DNA of 64,000 nt from the human T2T-CHM13v2.0 reference genome, Homo sapiens. Shown here in pieces: positions 1-15,779 of this stretch. Each line of letters starts with the position of its first letter. Positions within the stretch are counted from its first letter, which is position 1. Both the position numbers and the translations under genes were made by a program. The notes under the pieces were generated by a model. That model was not told the origin of the DNA, did no database searches, and worked only from the letters and a program-made list of their open reading frames with translations. The DNA is taken from assembly GCF_009914755.1 (NCBI RefSeq), contig NC_060927.1; one strand, written 5' to 3'.

Positions 1-224
<224 letters not shown>

Positions 225-580
225 TAAAGTTTGTATTTACAAACATAGAAAAGGGTCTGCAAAGAAATACACTAAATTGACATGTGTTGCATCCAAGGAG
301 GGAGTTGAGAGAGTGCAGTGGGGTAGAACCCTTTGTTTTAACTTACGTAGGTCTGAATTCTTTGAAATTTTTGATGAGTATTACTTTTCAAACTTAGAAT
401 AAGGAAAATGCAGAAATCCACATTAGCATTAAATAAATAAAAACCACTTATAAGACTAACTCCTGAAAATAAGCCTAGTTGATATGTACCCTTCCAGGTT
501 TCATTATGCAAATACGATTATATATATAGCTTACATTTGTTTCTAAATAGCATATCATGCACAGCTTTCCAAGTCAATAA

Positions 581-912
<332 letters not shown>

Positions 913-1171
913 GACTCCTTCCAATTTTATTGTATGGATGCACTATATTTATTTAAAGAATCCCCTACTGGTAGACATTTAGATTATTTTTTTTTTTTGG
1001 TTTTTGGTTTTGTTTTCAAACAAAAAACGATGCTGTGGTGAACATTCTTATTTCTAGATTTTTGCATGCAATCATAATTATCTCCTTATAACTAATTTCT
1101 AGAAGATTTTGGGTGAAAGGGTATATACATTATAAGATTCTTAATATATATTGTCAAATTGCTCTCTAGAA

Positions 1172-1455
1172 AGGTTGACTATCCCTTATGTACAAAACTC
1201 TGAAAACTAAAAATGCTTTCCTAAGTTTAGCACCTAAACTCATGTGATAGCAAACCCTGACCTGAATAAACACGAGTCTATTTACAGTCTTTGTTTATCT
1301 CACTTAATTTGAATATTTGTACATTTCACTGCAGACATATAAATGTATTTGATCATGAGGTATTGCCCTCGTTCCTGCAGGGAGTGTTATATAATATACA
1401 ACTTACACATCATATTGCTTTTCTAAAATCTGAAAAATTCTAAATTCCAAGAGGC
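1172..1455. mobile_element. Tigger-family DNA transposon remnant (MER46C-like)
   Basis: Start aggttgactatcccttat and end tctaaaatctgaaaaattctaaattccaa resemble recalled MER46/Tigger termini. Confidence 0.55.
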
Positions 1456-2030
1456 AAAACCTGTCAACAGGTGCATGACACTGATGCCTAGACCCATGGC
1501 CTGTAAGCTGCCCCAGGTTTCTGGAGGTTGATGGCTATGTCTGCCTCATAGAGGCAGCCTTTGAAGCAGAGGCCAGCCTCTGGCTGCTATGCGCAGATCT
1601 CCCTCTTCAGCCCAGCCCCTGAGCATGTCACTGAATCTCCCACAGGCTGGGCCAAGGCATTAAGAACACAATTGTGGGGGCTGCAATCAGAGATGCTTCT
1701 CGGTGAGTGTGGTTGTGTGGTTTGGCCTATGGGAGAGATATCTGAATCCTGATAAAGCCTGTCTCTGAGACCCTAGAAGAACACCTGCAGCCACTTGTAG
1801 ACAACAGCAGCCAAAAAAAGAGCCTTGATGCAGAGTGTTCAAGAGCGCATCTGAGATCAACCATGTCCTCAAACAAACAGTGCTTCAGTTGAGGTATCTG
1901 AATGCCCAAGACCAATTAAGCAGGGAAGTGGGTCAAAGAGATTCATAGCTAATATTTCTACATACAGTACATCTCAGTGGCTCCTAATGTGAGTTACTGA
2001 TTGGTTTTAAGTATCAATAAATTATTTAAA

Positions 2031-2332
2031 TTATTATTATATTATTATTTTGAGACAGAGTCTTGCTTTGTCGCTCAGGCTGGAGTGCAGTGGCGCCATC
2101 TCGGCTCACTGAAACCTCCGCCTCCCAGGTTCAAGCTACTCTCCTGCCTCAGCCTCCCAGGTAGCTGGGACTATAGGCGTGTGCCACCACGCCCGGCTAA
2201 TTTTTGTATTTTTAGTAGAGACGGGGTTTTGCCACGTTAGCCAGACTTGTCTGAACTCCTGACCTCAGGTGATCTGGCCGCCTCAGCCTCCTAAAGCGCT
2301 GGGATTACAGGCGTGAGCCACGGCGCCCGGCC
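2031..2332 (-). mobile_element. Full-length Alu (AluSx-like) with (TTA)n tail
   Basis: Antisense Alu with cctgacctcaggtgat; ends ggcgcccggcc; followed by MIR-like sequence (about 2335-2470). Confidence 0.95.
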
Positions 2333-3148
2333 TGAATTTTCTGTACTTAACTTTTCTCATCTGTAGAGCAGGGATTATTATGAAGGTCAAAAGTGATCAC
2401 ATATGTAAAATAAATCACATAAAATAGTGCTTGATATGTGGTAAGTACTTAATAAATGTATGCTATTATTGTTGTTTTTGTTTTATTATTATTTGGGGTG
2501 GTTACTTATATTAGATGAAAAATAGGTCTTTAATCACAAGCCTGGACAGTTTATTACAGAAAATAGTAGAGAAAAGAACAGTGAAGAATTGTCATTGTCA
2601 AGGCTCAAGCTCTATTTGCTAGACCAAAGGGAATCTGCAATTTTTTCTGGTTAATAAATGTAAGAAGATATAATGTAAGAATGTAAGAAGATATAAAAGA
2701 AGAGGTGAAGTCTCAAGACAACAAAAAAAAGGGAACACACAACAACTAGGGGGACTGCAGGGAAACTCTCTAGAATATGGGTGGCTGGGCAGGTGAGCCC
2801 TCGACCTGCAGAGGCAGCCCTGCCTGCAGCTCTCGGGGTGTGCAGGGAAAAGGGGAACTGGCAGTATAAAACAAGCTATTAGAGGGAAAGCTGCTGAGAA
2901 AAGGGGGTCCAGGACAGGCAAGGCAGGTTCATCCTTTTGTTTGTCACTGCCATTGGTGAGATGAGCAGATTAAAAAAATAAAAAGTTTGATAAAAGAATT
3001 CCTCTCTAGAATTGTAAACGTTAAAGGCATTTTTTAAAAACTCCAAAAACTGAAAAGGATTAAAAGAAGGCAGGGATTTAAGACATCTCTATCTTGCACT
3101 AGAATAGTGTCCAGCACATGAAGTCTGTTTCCAAGAGAATATGTAGGT

Positions 3149-3193
3149 GGTGTGTGTGTGTGTGTGTAGGGTCGGGGTGGGGGGGGGTGTGGG
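3149..3193 (+). repeat. (GT)n microsatellite abutting a G-run cluster
   Basis: gtgtgtgtgtgtgtgtgt followed by gggtcggggtggggggggtgtggg. Confidence 0.85.
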
Positions 3194-5140
3194 TGCAGGC
3201 AGCGGGGAGTTAGAATAGATTCAGTGCTCAGGGCATTGATGAAGTGTCACAAGTCACCATAATTTTTGCCTCTCCATGGCCAACCCTGAGCTCCACCCAG
3301 AATTTGCCTATGTTGGGAAGGCCAGGCAGAAAGGCAGAGGTGTCCCCCACTTCAGAGAGAAGCAGTCAGACTGGAATAGCAAGGTGAGGAAGGGAAGAGG
3401 GGGCAGTAATGGGTATGGACCAGGAGGGATGCGAGGGCTGTCCAATCAACAAGCACCCACTTGATCAGTTTCAGCTATTCACTCTCCACTCCCGGCAGCT
3501 GGTCTGGGCACTGTGCAGACATCCTTGCCATCCATCCACATTCCACAAAGCAGGCAGAGAAGACCTGTCGGAGGCCCACTTACCATTTTTAAGAGCTGCA
3601 GGACTTGACTTCTTGCTTGAGAAATGCCAGTTATGCCTACTCTGGGTAAAATAGGTTAAAAAACATAATACTACAAGGAGGGGGCACAAATTCTAAAGAG
3701 TACCAAAAGTGACTTCAATTCACCAATTTTAGGGAATAAACGGCCTTCTTGGAGTTCATAGCGTATCATCAGAGTTGTAAAGAACTATTTCAGGATAAAA
3801 AACCCCTTCAGGAACTTTCTTAGGGATAAGTCCAAGCTGGAATTCAAAAATAAAATAGTAAAAGGAGAGGAGACACAAAACATGACTACTTATTTTCTGT
3901 GAGTACACATGTACGTATGTGTACATGCATACGTAAATATCAAAGAGGTAGGAGGAGCAGAGCGAATATTTGCTGAACATTAATCCAGTCTGATTTACAT
4001 AACACAGAGAGAAAAAGGACTGGGACCAACTATACCAGAAATATCAATAATGGAATTGTTTGCATGGTGCAACTGTAAGTAATCATTTTCTTTTTTGAAC
4101 GATTCTCTATTTTTGAAATTTTCTAGGCTTATGGTTTTGGTTTTGGTTTTTAGAGAATATGTTAGGTCTCAATGCCCTGCCTCTTAGGAGGCTTCTTGAT
4201 CCTCCCTGTGCCCACTTTGTCCCTAGCCACCTCACATGAGGGTACATATGAGGAGACACAACAGTTAATCCCTAAAAAAGTCCTGCTTCACCTTTCTCCC
4301 ACTCTGCTCACAAGACAAAACCAAATTTTTCCATGGTAACCTGCAGCCTCCTCTGGTAGACACAGCAGCTTAACAGAAACAACTTCCAAACAGCAGCTTC
4401 TAAGTAGCAGCTTCACAGCCTTCTCCTCTTCATATATAAGACTTGAGGAAAAAAGTCTGAGAAGAGCACACCAAATTGTTAGCTATGGTCATCTGGGTGG
4501 TGACAGCAAGCATCGTTGTTCTCATTTTTCTTTATATTCTTGTTATAATCTGATTTTTAAAAATAATAATATTTACCAGTTATATAGCTACACAAAAATA
4601 GACTAGTTTTTTTTTGTTTTGTTTTTTGTTTTTTTTTTTTTTTTGGGAGAAAAAAGTTAAACTTCATTGCCTCTCTATGCCCTCAGGTTAGCATTCAATT
4701 TCTGAATGGCTGACAAGTCTTCCCAAGATCTTGTGTCTATTTAGGGACATTTTAAATATTTGGTTGAAATATATGCACCTGCTGTTTTTTTTAGTTAAAA
4801 TGGTCAGTTATTGGCAACTTTATATGGCTGAGCCTACCAAGGCCTTCATCCTCACCTATGTGCTGCTCCTTCGACCTGGAAAACATTTTCTCACCACCCC
4901 AGCTTCTCTCTACCTCCCACCCATTCCTTCCTTCTTCATTTCTTCCCTTTCTTTAAGTCATCCAGTCTCTCTGCCATGTCTTCCAAGCAGCCTTAACTGA
5001 TCCCTCAACACTGGATTAGAGACCCCTCCTATGGGCTTTCCAAACATTCTACCCATTCACTGATTCATTCACTCAACAAATAATTATTAAACACCAAGCA
5101 CATGCCAGCATAAATCTAGGCAATAGAGACACAGTAATGA

Positions 5141-5377
<237 letters not shown>

Positions 5378-5464
5378 TGAACTCTTATAGGTCAAGCTCC
5401 ATGTCTCACACACCATTAAACAGTCACAGCTCAATGTACCCAGCACACAGTATTCACATGCTCA

Positions 5465-5825
<361 letters not shown>

Positions 5826-6989
5826 TTATCTAACTTATTTTTATTCTGTTACAGTTTTTTTTTTTTTTTAAGTTTATTGCTCACAATTTATCTTCTAACA
5901 GAAGGGAACAGCTGATAAAAGAAGCCCTCCTTTGTTCTACATTTCCTGCCCAGGTCGCTCAAGTTCTGTTTGCGTTGACTGTCTCTGGAGTGCTTGCTGG
6001 GTGAGGTCAAGGAAGGGAAGGAGAAAACCCGCTCGCTTGTAGTTGGAGTCACAGGAAACCAACTGCAAGGCTCCCGCTGTGTAAGGGGATTGGGGGGATG
6101 GGCAGAGCAGGAGGATGAGTGATCAGCCTGGACAAACCTCAATCTGAGAAGAAATGTGTATTTAAAGCCTATACTCAGCCTCAGGACCTGCCCAGAAAAA
6201 GCAGCCTACATATATATATATAGAGAGAGAGAGTCAGGTCACACAATTCTACCACTGGACAGAGGAGAACACCAAGAAACCGAGCAGAGTCAGCACTTGC
6301 CAAGATAAAAGAGCCAAGTAACAGGCATAACTGAGCCTCAAACCCTAGCTTGCTACCCCAGAGTCCTTGCTTTTTCCTGGAGAGGCAGAGATGGGAGAGT
6401 CTACAACCCATGACTGTTGGCTTCCACTCAACTTTGGGTGATTAATCCACCCACATTATTTACTGAGCACCTATTATATTCTAGCACCTGTCTAGGTAGG
6501 CGGTAGTGGGGGAGGCAAATTCCCACACTTGAAAAATCCCCAGAATGAGAGTGATATGATTTGTGGCATCCATAAAGTTGTGCAACTCACCTGAGTGAAT
6601 CAGAGTCTAAAGCACTGGAAGCCTTTGTGGGAGGAAGTGGCCTCTTCAGCCTGCCCTCCCAGAGGCACAGGCTCTGCTCCTGAAGTCCTGCCTCTTGAGA
6701 TGGAAGCTTTTACTTGTCCTAAGCAGGCAGGAGTCCTGAGAACCAGGTCTTTACAAGAAGGAAAGGAAGTACTCCTTGATTGAACACCTATGATGAGCTA
6801 GGCCCTGTACTAAAACCTATACACTATGTGCTTTGATCCTCAAAACAATTTTCTACAGATTAAGAGACTGAGGCTTCAAAGAGAGGATTGTGAGAACTGA
6901 TTTCTAGGGCATCTGCTGCAAAGCACCCCCAGCCCTGTACTGCTTACTTATATTCAGGGATCCCAAACCACACTTTCCACAGCAACTGG

Positions 6990-7080
6990 TCAATGGCCAC
7001 TTATAGTTTGTCCATATTGGACAGCACAGATTTTACAGAACATTTCCATCATCACAGACAGTTCTATTAAACAACACTGA
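6990..7080. mobile_element. MER3-like hAT-Charlie fragment
   Basis: atattggacagcacag ... agaacatttccatcatcacagacagttctatt matches recalled MER3 motifs. Similar copies at about 38590-38745 and 59968-60115. Confidence 0.6.
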
Positions 7081-7892
7081 ACTAAACCATGAGAGTTGGC
7101 AGCTCGTAAAAGCACTTTCCACCACCCTGTATTTTTAATCCACCTTCCACTCTCACTTTCTCCAAAAGTGGCCATGCAGTAGGGGATGTTGTAGGTGCTC
7201 AATAAATATTTCCTGAATGGATAAGGAAGATGTGGCCTGAAGATAAGAAGGAAGTGGAAGGAGGCAGAGTTGGAAGTGGGCCTGATTTATTCAAGAAATG
7301 TTTGGTAGCTGATTGAGAGCTTGAGCAGACCGAGAAGTCCTTTCTCTGATGTCACCCAACCCCACCCATGAAAACACAGAAATGAATGGTGACATAATTT
7401 ATGGGAGCAATAAAAGTCATACCTACCCATTACCTCTTCAAATGACTCATGTCTGTATGTGCTCACAGTGAATGTTTTAAACAGACCAGAACAGTGGTTA
7501 GTGCCCATGAGGACAAGTGTCTCTTTAAAATAAAAATTTTTAGTCCTACTCAAGTCAGAACTTGAGAACTCGGATCCTGGAGTTCCTGTAACCCAGTTCC
7601 TTTATGGTTCAAGTGGAAAAACTGAGGCCCCATCCTAGTGACTGGCTCATGGTCACACAGCCAGTTGGAAGCAGTATTGTTCTCCAGCCCACTTGCCACC
7701 TAGAATACAGGCTAAAATGAGAGCAGATGATCTTTGTCAGAGCAGGTGGACCAAGGAACGGGAAGATTGGGTGCCCAGCGAGCCAAGGGTGAGATCAAGA
7801 TAATAAGGAAACCAGGAACAAAATAAAACAATAGGTTGGGAACAACCCCAGAGCAATAGAGTCAACCAGGGGTACATTAAGAAGGGGGAAGA

Positions 7893-8257
7893 TACTGTGG
7901 TCTGAATGTTTGTGTCCTTCCAATATTTATATGTTGAAACCTAATTACCAAGGTAATGGTATTAGGAAGTGGGGCATTTGGGAGGTGATTAGTTCACAAG
8001 GACAGAGCCTTCAGGAATGAGATCAGTGCCTTTATGAAAGAGGCCTCAGAAAGCTAGCTAGCCCCTTCCACCATGTGAGAACACAATAAAAAGGCACCAT
8101 CTATGAACCAGGAAGCAGGCCCTCATCAGACACCAAATTTGCCAGCACCTTGATCTTGGGCTTCCCAGTCTCCAGAACTGTGAAGAATAGATTTTTGTTG
8201 TTTGTAAGTCACCTGGTTCATGGTATTTTGTTACAGCAGCCCAAATACACTAAGACA
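7893..8257 (+). mobile_element. Solo ERVL-MaLR LTR (MLT1A-like)
   Basis: tactgtggtctgaatgtttgtgtcc ... ggtattttgttacagcagccc ... ctaagaca, with perfect 5-bp TSD GAAGA (7888-7892, 8258-8262). Confidence 0.9.
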
Positions 8258-8269
8258 GAAGACAATTAG

Positions 8270-8600
8270 AAAAAAAGTCTAGTCTGACAGCAAGTGGTGG
8301 CAAGGATGATGGAAATGAGCATTGTTGTATACTACTGGTGGGACTGTGCATTGGTAGGACCCTCAGAGGGCAATTTCGCTGGTAGAATTTAATATGTGCA
8401 TCCCTATGACCAGTAATCCCACTACTTCTTAGGAGAAATGCTTGCACATGTGTACTCAGAGACATGTACAGGGCTATTCATTGCAGCTTTGTCTGTGATC
8501 ATGAGCAACTAAAAACAACTCAAGTGTCCAGTTGTGGGAATGGATACATAAAATACACTATACCCACAAAATGGAATACTATGATGCAATGCAACAGAGT
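8270..8600 (+). mobile_element. Old L1 (L1M) 3' fragment
   Basis: cagtaatcccactactt ... ttcattgcagctttg ... aaacaactcaagtgtcca ... aatggaatactatg, typical of L1 ORF2 end/3'UTR. Confidence 0.7.
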
Positions 8601-10578
8601 GTAGAGGATCCATCCAGGGCCACCACAGTACATATCTTTCTATGAATTAAAATAAGATGATCCCCTCTGGGTGAACGAATTCCAGAAAGGCATCCCTTCC
8701 TCTGGGCTAATCTAGTGGAGATGGGCAGAGTTCCAGCCTTCCTCATACCCTCCTGGCTGTGCGACCAGACCAGTGGCTCTGAGTCCAGTCCTACCAACCT
8801 GAATGACCAAGTCAAATGGAAAAACAAGTTGTGGAACAGTGTTTAAAACAGGATGTCTTTGATATATTTAAGCACATATTCTTCATGTTTTCTCTAACGA
8901 TAGCAATTCGTAACATGCATGTTAATGAGTAGGAAAAGAACTGGAGGAATACACACCTTCCCTGCAGTAGGTGTTACCTCTGGGGCTGCCAGGGGGTAAG
9001 AACTGTTGGTCAAAGAGGTCTTTAACTTTATCAGTTGTGTTTTGATTTAACTTCTCACAAGAAGAATGTACTTTCCTGTAATTTGTATGATTAGAGTTAA
9101 ATTTTAAACTAAAAACTAAAGAATGGAAAGGTGGGCTTTGGGCACAGAAGGAGAAATTTATGCCATCCTAGGTGACACCCACCATCACCGCTACCACTGC
9201 CAGCACCAGATTTAAAGGCACACTGCTACATGGGCCAAAATCCCACACAAGTCCATTCTGACCTCAATTCTGGGATGAGGTAGGGTAGAAAGTGACAGGG
9301 ACCTCAGATTAGATGAAAAAACCTTTTAGAAATCAGAGAGAAGAAGGCTTGCTGAAACCATATCTCTTCTAGGCACACCTGCAGGCAACCTTGATGACTT
9401 CGGCCCTAAGAATCCCAGCTTTGTCCCCAAGGCTGGAAAACAACAGAGAAAATAGGAAGAAGGTGATGGAGCCTCCTCATGCCCATTTACTCCTAGAGAG
9501 CATTTGTAAGGAGCACCTCTATGCCCAATAGAGAGTGCTAACAAAGTCAACACACCAGCTGAAGCAACATCAAAGGAAGCATCCAATGACTTTTGGGGGC
9601 TTTATCACAGTGAATAGAAGGTGAGGGAAGTGACTAGTCTTGAAATTGTCTTTTAATGGTTTGATTTCACGGTCTTCTTGTTACTTAAGTACCATTCATC
9701 TTCCTCCAAATCTCCACCAGGAGTTTCATATGTCTTGGCAGCTCAATTTCCTCTCAACCTACTGGATGAGAAAAAAAGGTCCACTGGTCACTTATCTAGG
9801 GAAAGCACATTGTGAGCCATTAGGGTCTCAGCATCCCTCTCTTTGTAAGATTTACAGCCCCCACTAGAATGGATTTATATCTCAAAACACTTGCTACTCT
9901 TGTCACCTTCATTCAGAAGCAACCCTTGTATTGATTGTTCATGCTTTGGATACTGTTTAATTATCTCTCAGAAAAATTGGCCACTCAGTCAAGGAGATTT
10001 CACTGAATGACAATGACGTATGACTTGAATGTGTAACTCCAAAGGAACAATAGTCCTATATCTATTCCCCCATTTCCTGCACATATCTTCCTTCCTTTTG
10101 TTTAGACCACCCACTGTCATGCCCACCCACCATGGCCATAATGTGCTGCCAGGGGGCATTTATCTGTTGTACACTCTCTCCCAGGGTTCCCAGTAGCACG
10201 TCCCAAGGCCTGCTCCACATGGAGAGAGGTTGGCTCCCATGGCAGGGGTGCTATTTCTCTTCCAATGACTCAAAGAGAATTAAAACTGGAATAAAACGGC
10301 AGCATAGAGAATGATTAAAAAAAAAAACTAAAAGACTAAATCGGCATCTAGAAACTATACCTGTGGAAGGAAGAAACTCTGGCTCCAGGCTGATCCTCCA
10401 TGTGCCCATCAGCATAATCTTGCTATTATTAAACACCATGTATAGACATACCTCACAATGGACTGCAGTCTGGTCGATAGTTTTAGCTCTTGCTTCAATC
10501 TCTCCATCTCCCTTCATTTGCCTGGTACAGTTGAGCCCTGTGTCTTTGTTCATGTTGCTGCTGTTTTATGGACCATGA

Positions 10579-11030
10579 CTGTCTTAGATGCTTCTCCCAG
10601 AAGTAGACATGAGTGAAGGATTCCAGATGCAATTGTTTGGGAGGTGATCTCAGGAAACACTGCTAGGGAAGTGGGGAGGTAAGATGGGGAAAGGAAGGGA
10701 AAAGGAGGAAGTCAGTAAAGAATGTGTTATCAAGCACGCAATCACTATGGGAGAACGAGGCCCAATCTCCTTGGAGACCTCAGAACTCACCTCTAAGTTG
10801 TTCCACTTGAGGGGCAAAGAAATTAGGGCATTTATCCTCCAACTCCTACCCACCACTGGCTGAGGGCTCCTCCCAGAGCTTTACCTCTTCAGCCCTTGCT
10901 GCATGCCCAGCTCACTTTAGAAAGCAAACCTCAGGCTGAGAGTCATACGTGCATGCAGTAGGCAGCTGTGAAATGTCCTGGATGGTGAGTCCAACAGATA
11001 TGGGTAGTAACTCCACAGTAACTGCTGCAA
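10579..11030 (-). mobile_element. ERVL LTR (LTR16-like)
   Basis: tgtcttagatgcttctcccagaag ... tttgggaggtgatctcaggaaacac ... gtgttatcaagc ... atttatcctccaactcc; visibly homologous to the copies at 30385 and 35399. Confidence 0.65.
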
Positions 11031-11299
11031 CTCTTCATTTCCTTTTTGCTTTGACAAACTCTTGTTTATCTTTTAAGATCCTTGTGAAATTCAACCTCCT
11101 CTGAGATGTCACCTCCTTCCACACTCCCTCCCCACGAGGAAGAATTAATAGCTTCCTCCTCCAAGCTCTATTAACACTATGCTCGCACTTCAGTTAAACC
11201 AGCAGCTATGTTTTGTTCTACTTTGTTTGACTGTTCTTCCCAAACAAATGCACAATTTGAGTACGGAGATTAAGTCTAAGCCATCTAGGTATTTTACCA

Positions 11300-11760
11300 C
11301 ATTCACCCAGTCATTTAATTTGTATTAACGGAGCATCTACTGTTTGACAAACACTGTTCCAGGTACTGAGGATACAGAAGTAAAAAATATATATACACAC
11401 TAAGTCCCTGCTTTCTTGATTTTAACAGTTGTGTGTATATGTCTTTGTGTGTGTAGGTAACAAGTAAAAACAAATTAGTGTAAGTTGTGAGTGGTAAAAA
11501 ATACAATGAAGAAAAATAGAGCCCGGTATGGAATAGTAAATAAGTGTGAGTGGTTTAATCTTTTACATGGGATGCCAGGGGAAGGCCTCTCTGATGAAAC
11601 TGCATTAGAATGTAGATGTTGGATAAAATGAAAGGGTGATCCATAAGAATATTTAAGGGAAGAGAAATCTGGGCAAAAAGAATCATATGTGCAAAGGGCC
11701 TGTGTTGAAAGCCTGAAAACAGCAGGAAGCACACAGCCCATGCCCAGCTCATGGCTGATT
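11300..11760 (-). mobile_element. L2 LINE 3' fragment
   Basis: cattcacccagtcatt ... gagcatctact ... cactgttccaggtactgaggatacag ... cagggaaggcctctctga. Confidence 0.7.
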
Positions 11761-14700
11761 TAATCATGCATCGACTGTAAGATTCACCCACAAATCCCTT
11801 ATTTGGCTAAGCTGTCTCTCATCCTATGCACTTCTCTATCACTGCACTTATATATGATACTATAATTAAATGTGCAAGGTCATCAGGTGTAGGGACTGTG
11901 TCTTCTGATCCTTTTTGTGTCCCTGGTGCCAAACTCAGCACTCGTTCTGTTGTAGGTGCTCAAAAAATGTTCCTTAAACTTAAGCCCTCATTATTCCCCA
12001 TATAAAACTTGGCAAAATAGAGATCAAGTCACAGAAAGGGCCCATTTGAAGTGCACACACATGGTACAGAACACCTCTGCTTGCAAATTGAGATGAACAC
12101 AGATGCTGGGAAATAGCTTCAGAATTCTTGAAGGCAGTGGCCATTCTTGGCTGAAACTAGGACTCTTTTGACAGTTACAGCCCTAAAACGTGTAGCCCTT
12201 TCTTTCAGGGGCATTGAATTGTCTCTGGTGGTTGAACACATTTTACAGTCTGACCAGAGTGGATTTTGTGTGCTAAAAACGTAATGTATTACAACTTTCA
12301 TGGATGAACACAGCCTGCAGTCCTCCAGAAACCCCCAATGGTCAGTCTCTTCCTAGAGCAGAGGGAGCAGCTGCTCAGAGCTGACTCAGAGGTAGGCCTG
12401 AGTGATTGTGTTTTAAGGTGGTAACAGACAACAGCCTGTTCCAGAAAAAATGTCATGAGCCTTCACATTATTAAGGATGTTTAGGGTTGCAAGGACAATA
12501 GTGTTTTGTCTATCCAGCATGCTCTGCCCTTCCTTTAGGAAATTATCTTTCCTACTCCAAACATATGATTGGAGGGAGGGAAGAGCTGGAAATCACAGTT
12601 CCCTTGGTTACAGGATCAGTGGTCCCATGAGGTAGGTAGTCTTACTATCCCCATTTTATGAGGGAATAACCTGAGGTTCAGCAAGATGAAGTTGCTGCCC
12701 AAATTCACTAAGCTAGAAAGTAATAGGGCCAGTGGTCAAACCCGGTTCTTTGTGATTCCAGGGTTCTTGCACTTCATTGGAAATGACAGGGAACAGGGCA
12801 GCAATAGGGCAGAGGGGATAGGGACAGGAATTGGAAGCCGACATCAAGGCAACATGGTACTGGTAAGCTCAGGCCCCAGAGCTCAGGCCAGAGCCAAGGT
12901 AAAGGATCAGAGCATTTCCATAGTGGAACTAGATTTAATAACCAGCTAAAGAACAGGATTCTGGAATCCAAGTGGACTTTCAACTGTTAAAATTTCTCAT
13001 AAAGACACTACCCTGGGGTCGGAGGTTAAGGTGTTATCTATAAAGTCAAAGGTGGGAACATTTGGAGAGAGATGGGAATGCATTCTCCTTTCCCAGGAAA
13101 CCAGGAGTCAGAGCAAGACCATGCCCCAAGTCTGCAGAGACTTGCTTTGCATCTGGGAGGCCACTGGGGGCAATCCAGGGGGCCCCATTTAAAGAGAATC
13201 TTCACATGCCAATTCTAATAGGCTCACCCTGGAAGTACTACCAATTTAAAGTCACCCTTGACCTGTGATTTTAATATCTTCAGAGAGCAAACAAACCAGG
13301 GGGTATTGCCAAGCCTATCAGTGATGACCCTGGTATCAATACAGGATCTCAAGGGGCAGAAGGCAGAAAGGGGTCTCTCAGACCTCTCAGACGCAGGGCC
13401 CTGTATTGGTCAGGGCTCATCCAGTTTTAAGTGACAGACTCAATTCAAGCTAGCTTAGGCAAAAGAGGCAAAGCTTACCATACAAGAACCACATCACAGG
13501 CAGGCAAGGTCACCTGGAACCAGGGACTCAACAGCAGTTCATTATCCCTTCTCTTCTCATGTCTTTGCTTTCTGCTAGGAGGCCTCATTTCCTTTCTTGA
13601 AGCTGAAATCATGTTCCCCAGAAGCTCTGGACACGTATTCTCTCAACTTCATCATCCAAGAAAGAAAGCTCCAATTAGATATATCTGAGAAAAGGCCCTG
13701 ATTTGCCCATTTCAAGACCAGTCACTGTTGCCAGGGAGGGAGGCACCATGATTGGCCCCATCAGGTCAAGGATGTGGGGCATCAGGAATGGTAGCTTTTA
13801 CTGGAACTTCATAGAGCTGTAGGTGTCAGGTGGAGGGTGGGCAGTTCCCCAAAGAGAATGGGAGGATAGCAAGGACATGACCCCACAGGAACTGCTGAGG
13901 CCTGGTCAGCTACACCAATAGTATCTACTTCAGCTCCAGGACATTTTACCTTCATCAGTCCAACTCCCCTTCCTCCCTGGTGAGAACAAAGGGAGGGAAG
14001 GGAGTCCTAAACCTATTCGTTTCAAGAAATAAAGCAGTTAGAGAGTCTGGGCTCTTTCCTAGGTGAATAGGGAAAGGGAGATTGTCTTTGCTATGGAGAA
14101 AAGGAACAGAAACAAGACTAATACTTAGTGTTTTTTGGGCTCTCATTCTGAAACTCTACATGGTGCAGCTCTAATCCACACAGTAATGTCAATAGTAGTG
14201 TCCCATGTTGCAGATGAGGAAAAAGAGGTTGAGTTCACAAAAGTGATTGCCATGGATCACACAGGCAATAAATGGGGAAAGCTGGTGAATTGAGCCTGTG
14301 TTTTCACATTGGTGGCACTTCACAGGTGAGGATATTTCTTCCAACCTATAGAGTCTCTCCCCAATAACATTTGCACACTGGCCTGAAGTAAGGTATGTGC
14401 CCTGAGGGTGAACGTCTTATTCGGCATTTTTCAGACTTCTCGTCCTGCCCACCTGTAGATATCTGTGTAGACTACCATAGCCTATCTGACACCCAAACCC
14501 ATCAGGAAAAATGACGTGAGCCATTGACTAATGAACTCTTCCTTCATGCCTTTTGGTATAGAGGTGGCAAAACACTTTACAAATAATTGTAACAGGATGT
14601 TTACCAGGCATTACATGAAGATGAGGTAGTGCTAATAATCTCCACATTCTAAAAAGATGACAGGGCTTATTAAGAGGCAGCAGAAATGACCACTCTATAA

Positions 14701-15779
14701 TCGATCACCAGCCCCACCCCTGGACAATACTTAAAGGAAAGCACTGGGAGAAAAAATGAAATGGAAATCAGTGGAGAGAGCTACGTGGCTTTATGAGGAG
14801 TACAGGGTCCCCCGAGAAAATAAATCTCTTCCCTTCCCACAAAGGGTGGAGAGACAGGGGTGCTTTCTTCTCTTCACTCCAATGGGGAACAGGGTCAGGA
14901 AAGTAACATGTGAAGATTGGGGATGTCAACAGGAAGACTTCATCGCCCTCCTAGGCTCTCTAATGCTGGCAACAGGTGGAGAGAAACATATTTAGAGAAT
15001 GCTTGGGAGAATGTGTAAATGTCTCCTGAAGATGAGGAGCACATGTGAACAGCCTCCTCTTGCCTGGGGTAGGAGGCTTAGAAGAGGGTCAGATGAAGAG
15101 TGCCTAGTGAAAAGAAGAGGGGGCACCTCCACCCCCGCGGAAGGAGTGTGAAGGTTAGGAGAGGGAGCAGGAACCACCGTTCCCCAAACGAACAGAGGAG
15201 ACACTCCTTCAGAAAGGGCAGCAGGGACCTGAACTTCTGGTCTGGTTGATAAGAGACAGGGCCACCCCTGAAGAGTCTTCAGCAATGGAAATAGAATGAA
15301 ACTGAGCACTACCCCCAAGGAAACCACATCCACTGTCTACACAGAGACAGCCACATCAGAAAAGACCTCAAGCTTCAGATAGCACCAGGTTAAACCAGAG
15401 AGAAATCAAGGCCACAGTACCACATGAGAGTCATGTAAGTTGACCCCTGCTTCTCATCTCTCTCTACTTCCCCAGTGTAGACAAACTAAAGACAGACGAG
15501 GGAGGAAGAAGAAGGGAAAGGGAAGCACATGCTCTCCCTCCATCCAGGTCCTTTGAGCCACAAGTCTAGACGGCAATGGCAAAGAATAAGCCATGGTGTT
15601 ACTTAGAGGATTGGTGTTTTTAACGGGACCTGGCTGTGTTTAATCATCAGAAGTGGCCAGAAAGTTATAGAATCTGTCAAGATCATGTAAAGGTTGAGAA
15701 AGGCAGACACCACAGTGCACAGCAATGAGTGGGAAAAAGTGTCTCATGTTGGTATCTCTATTGCACTGAGTATTTTCAG

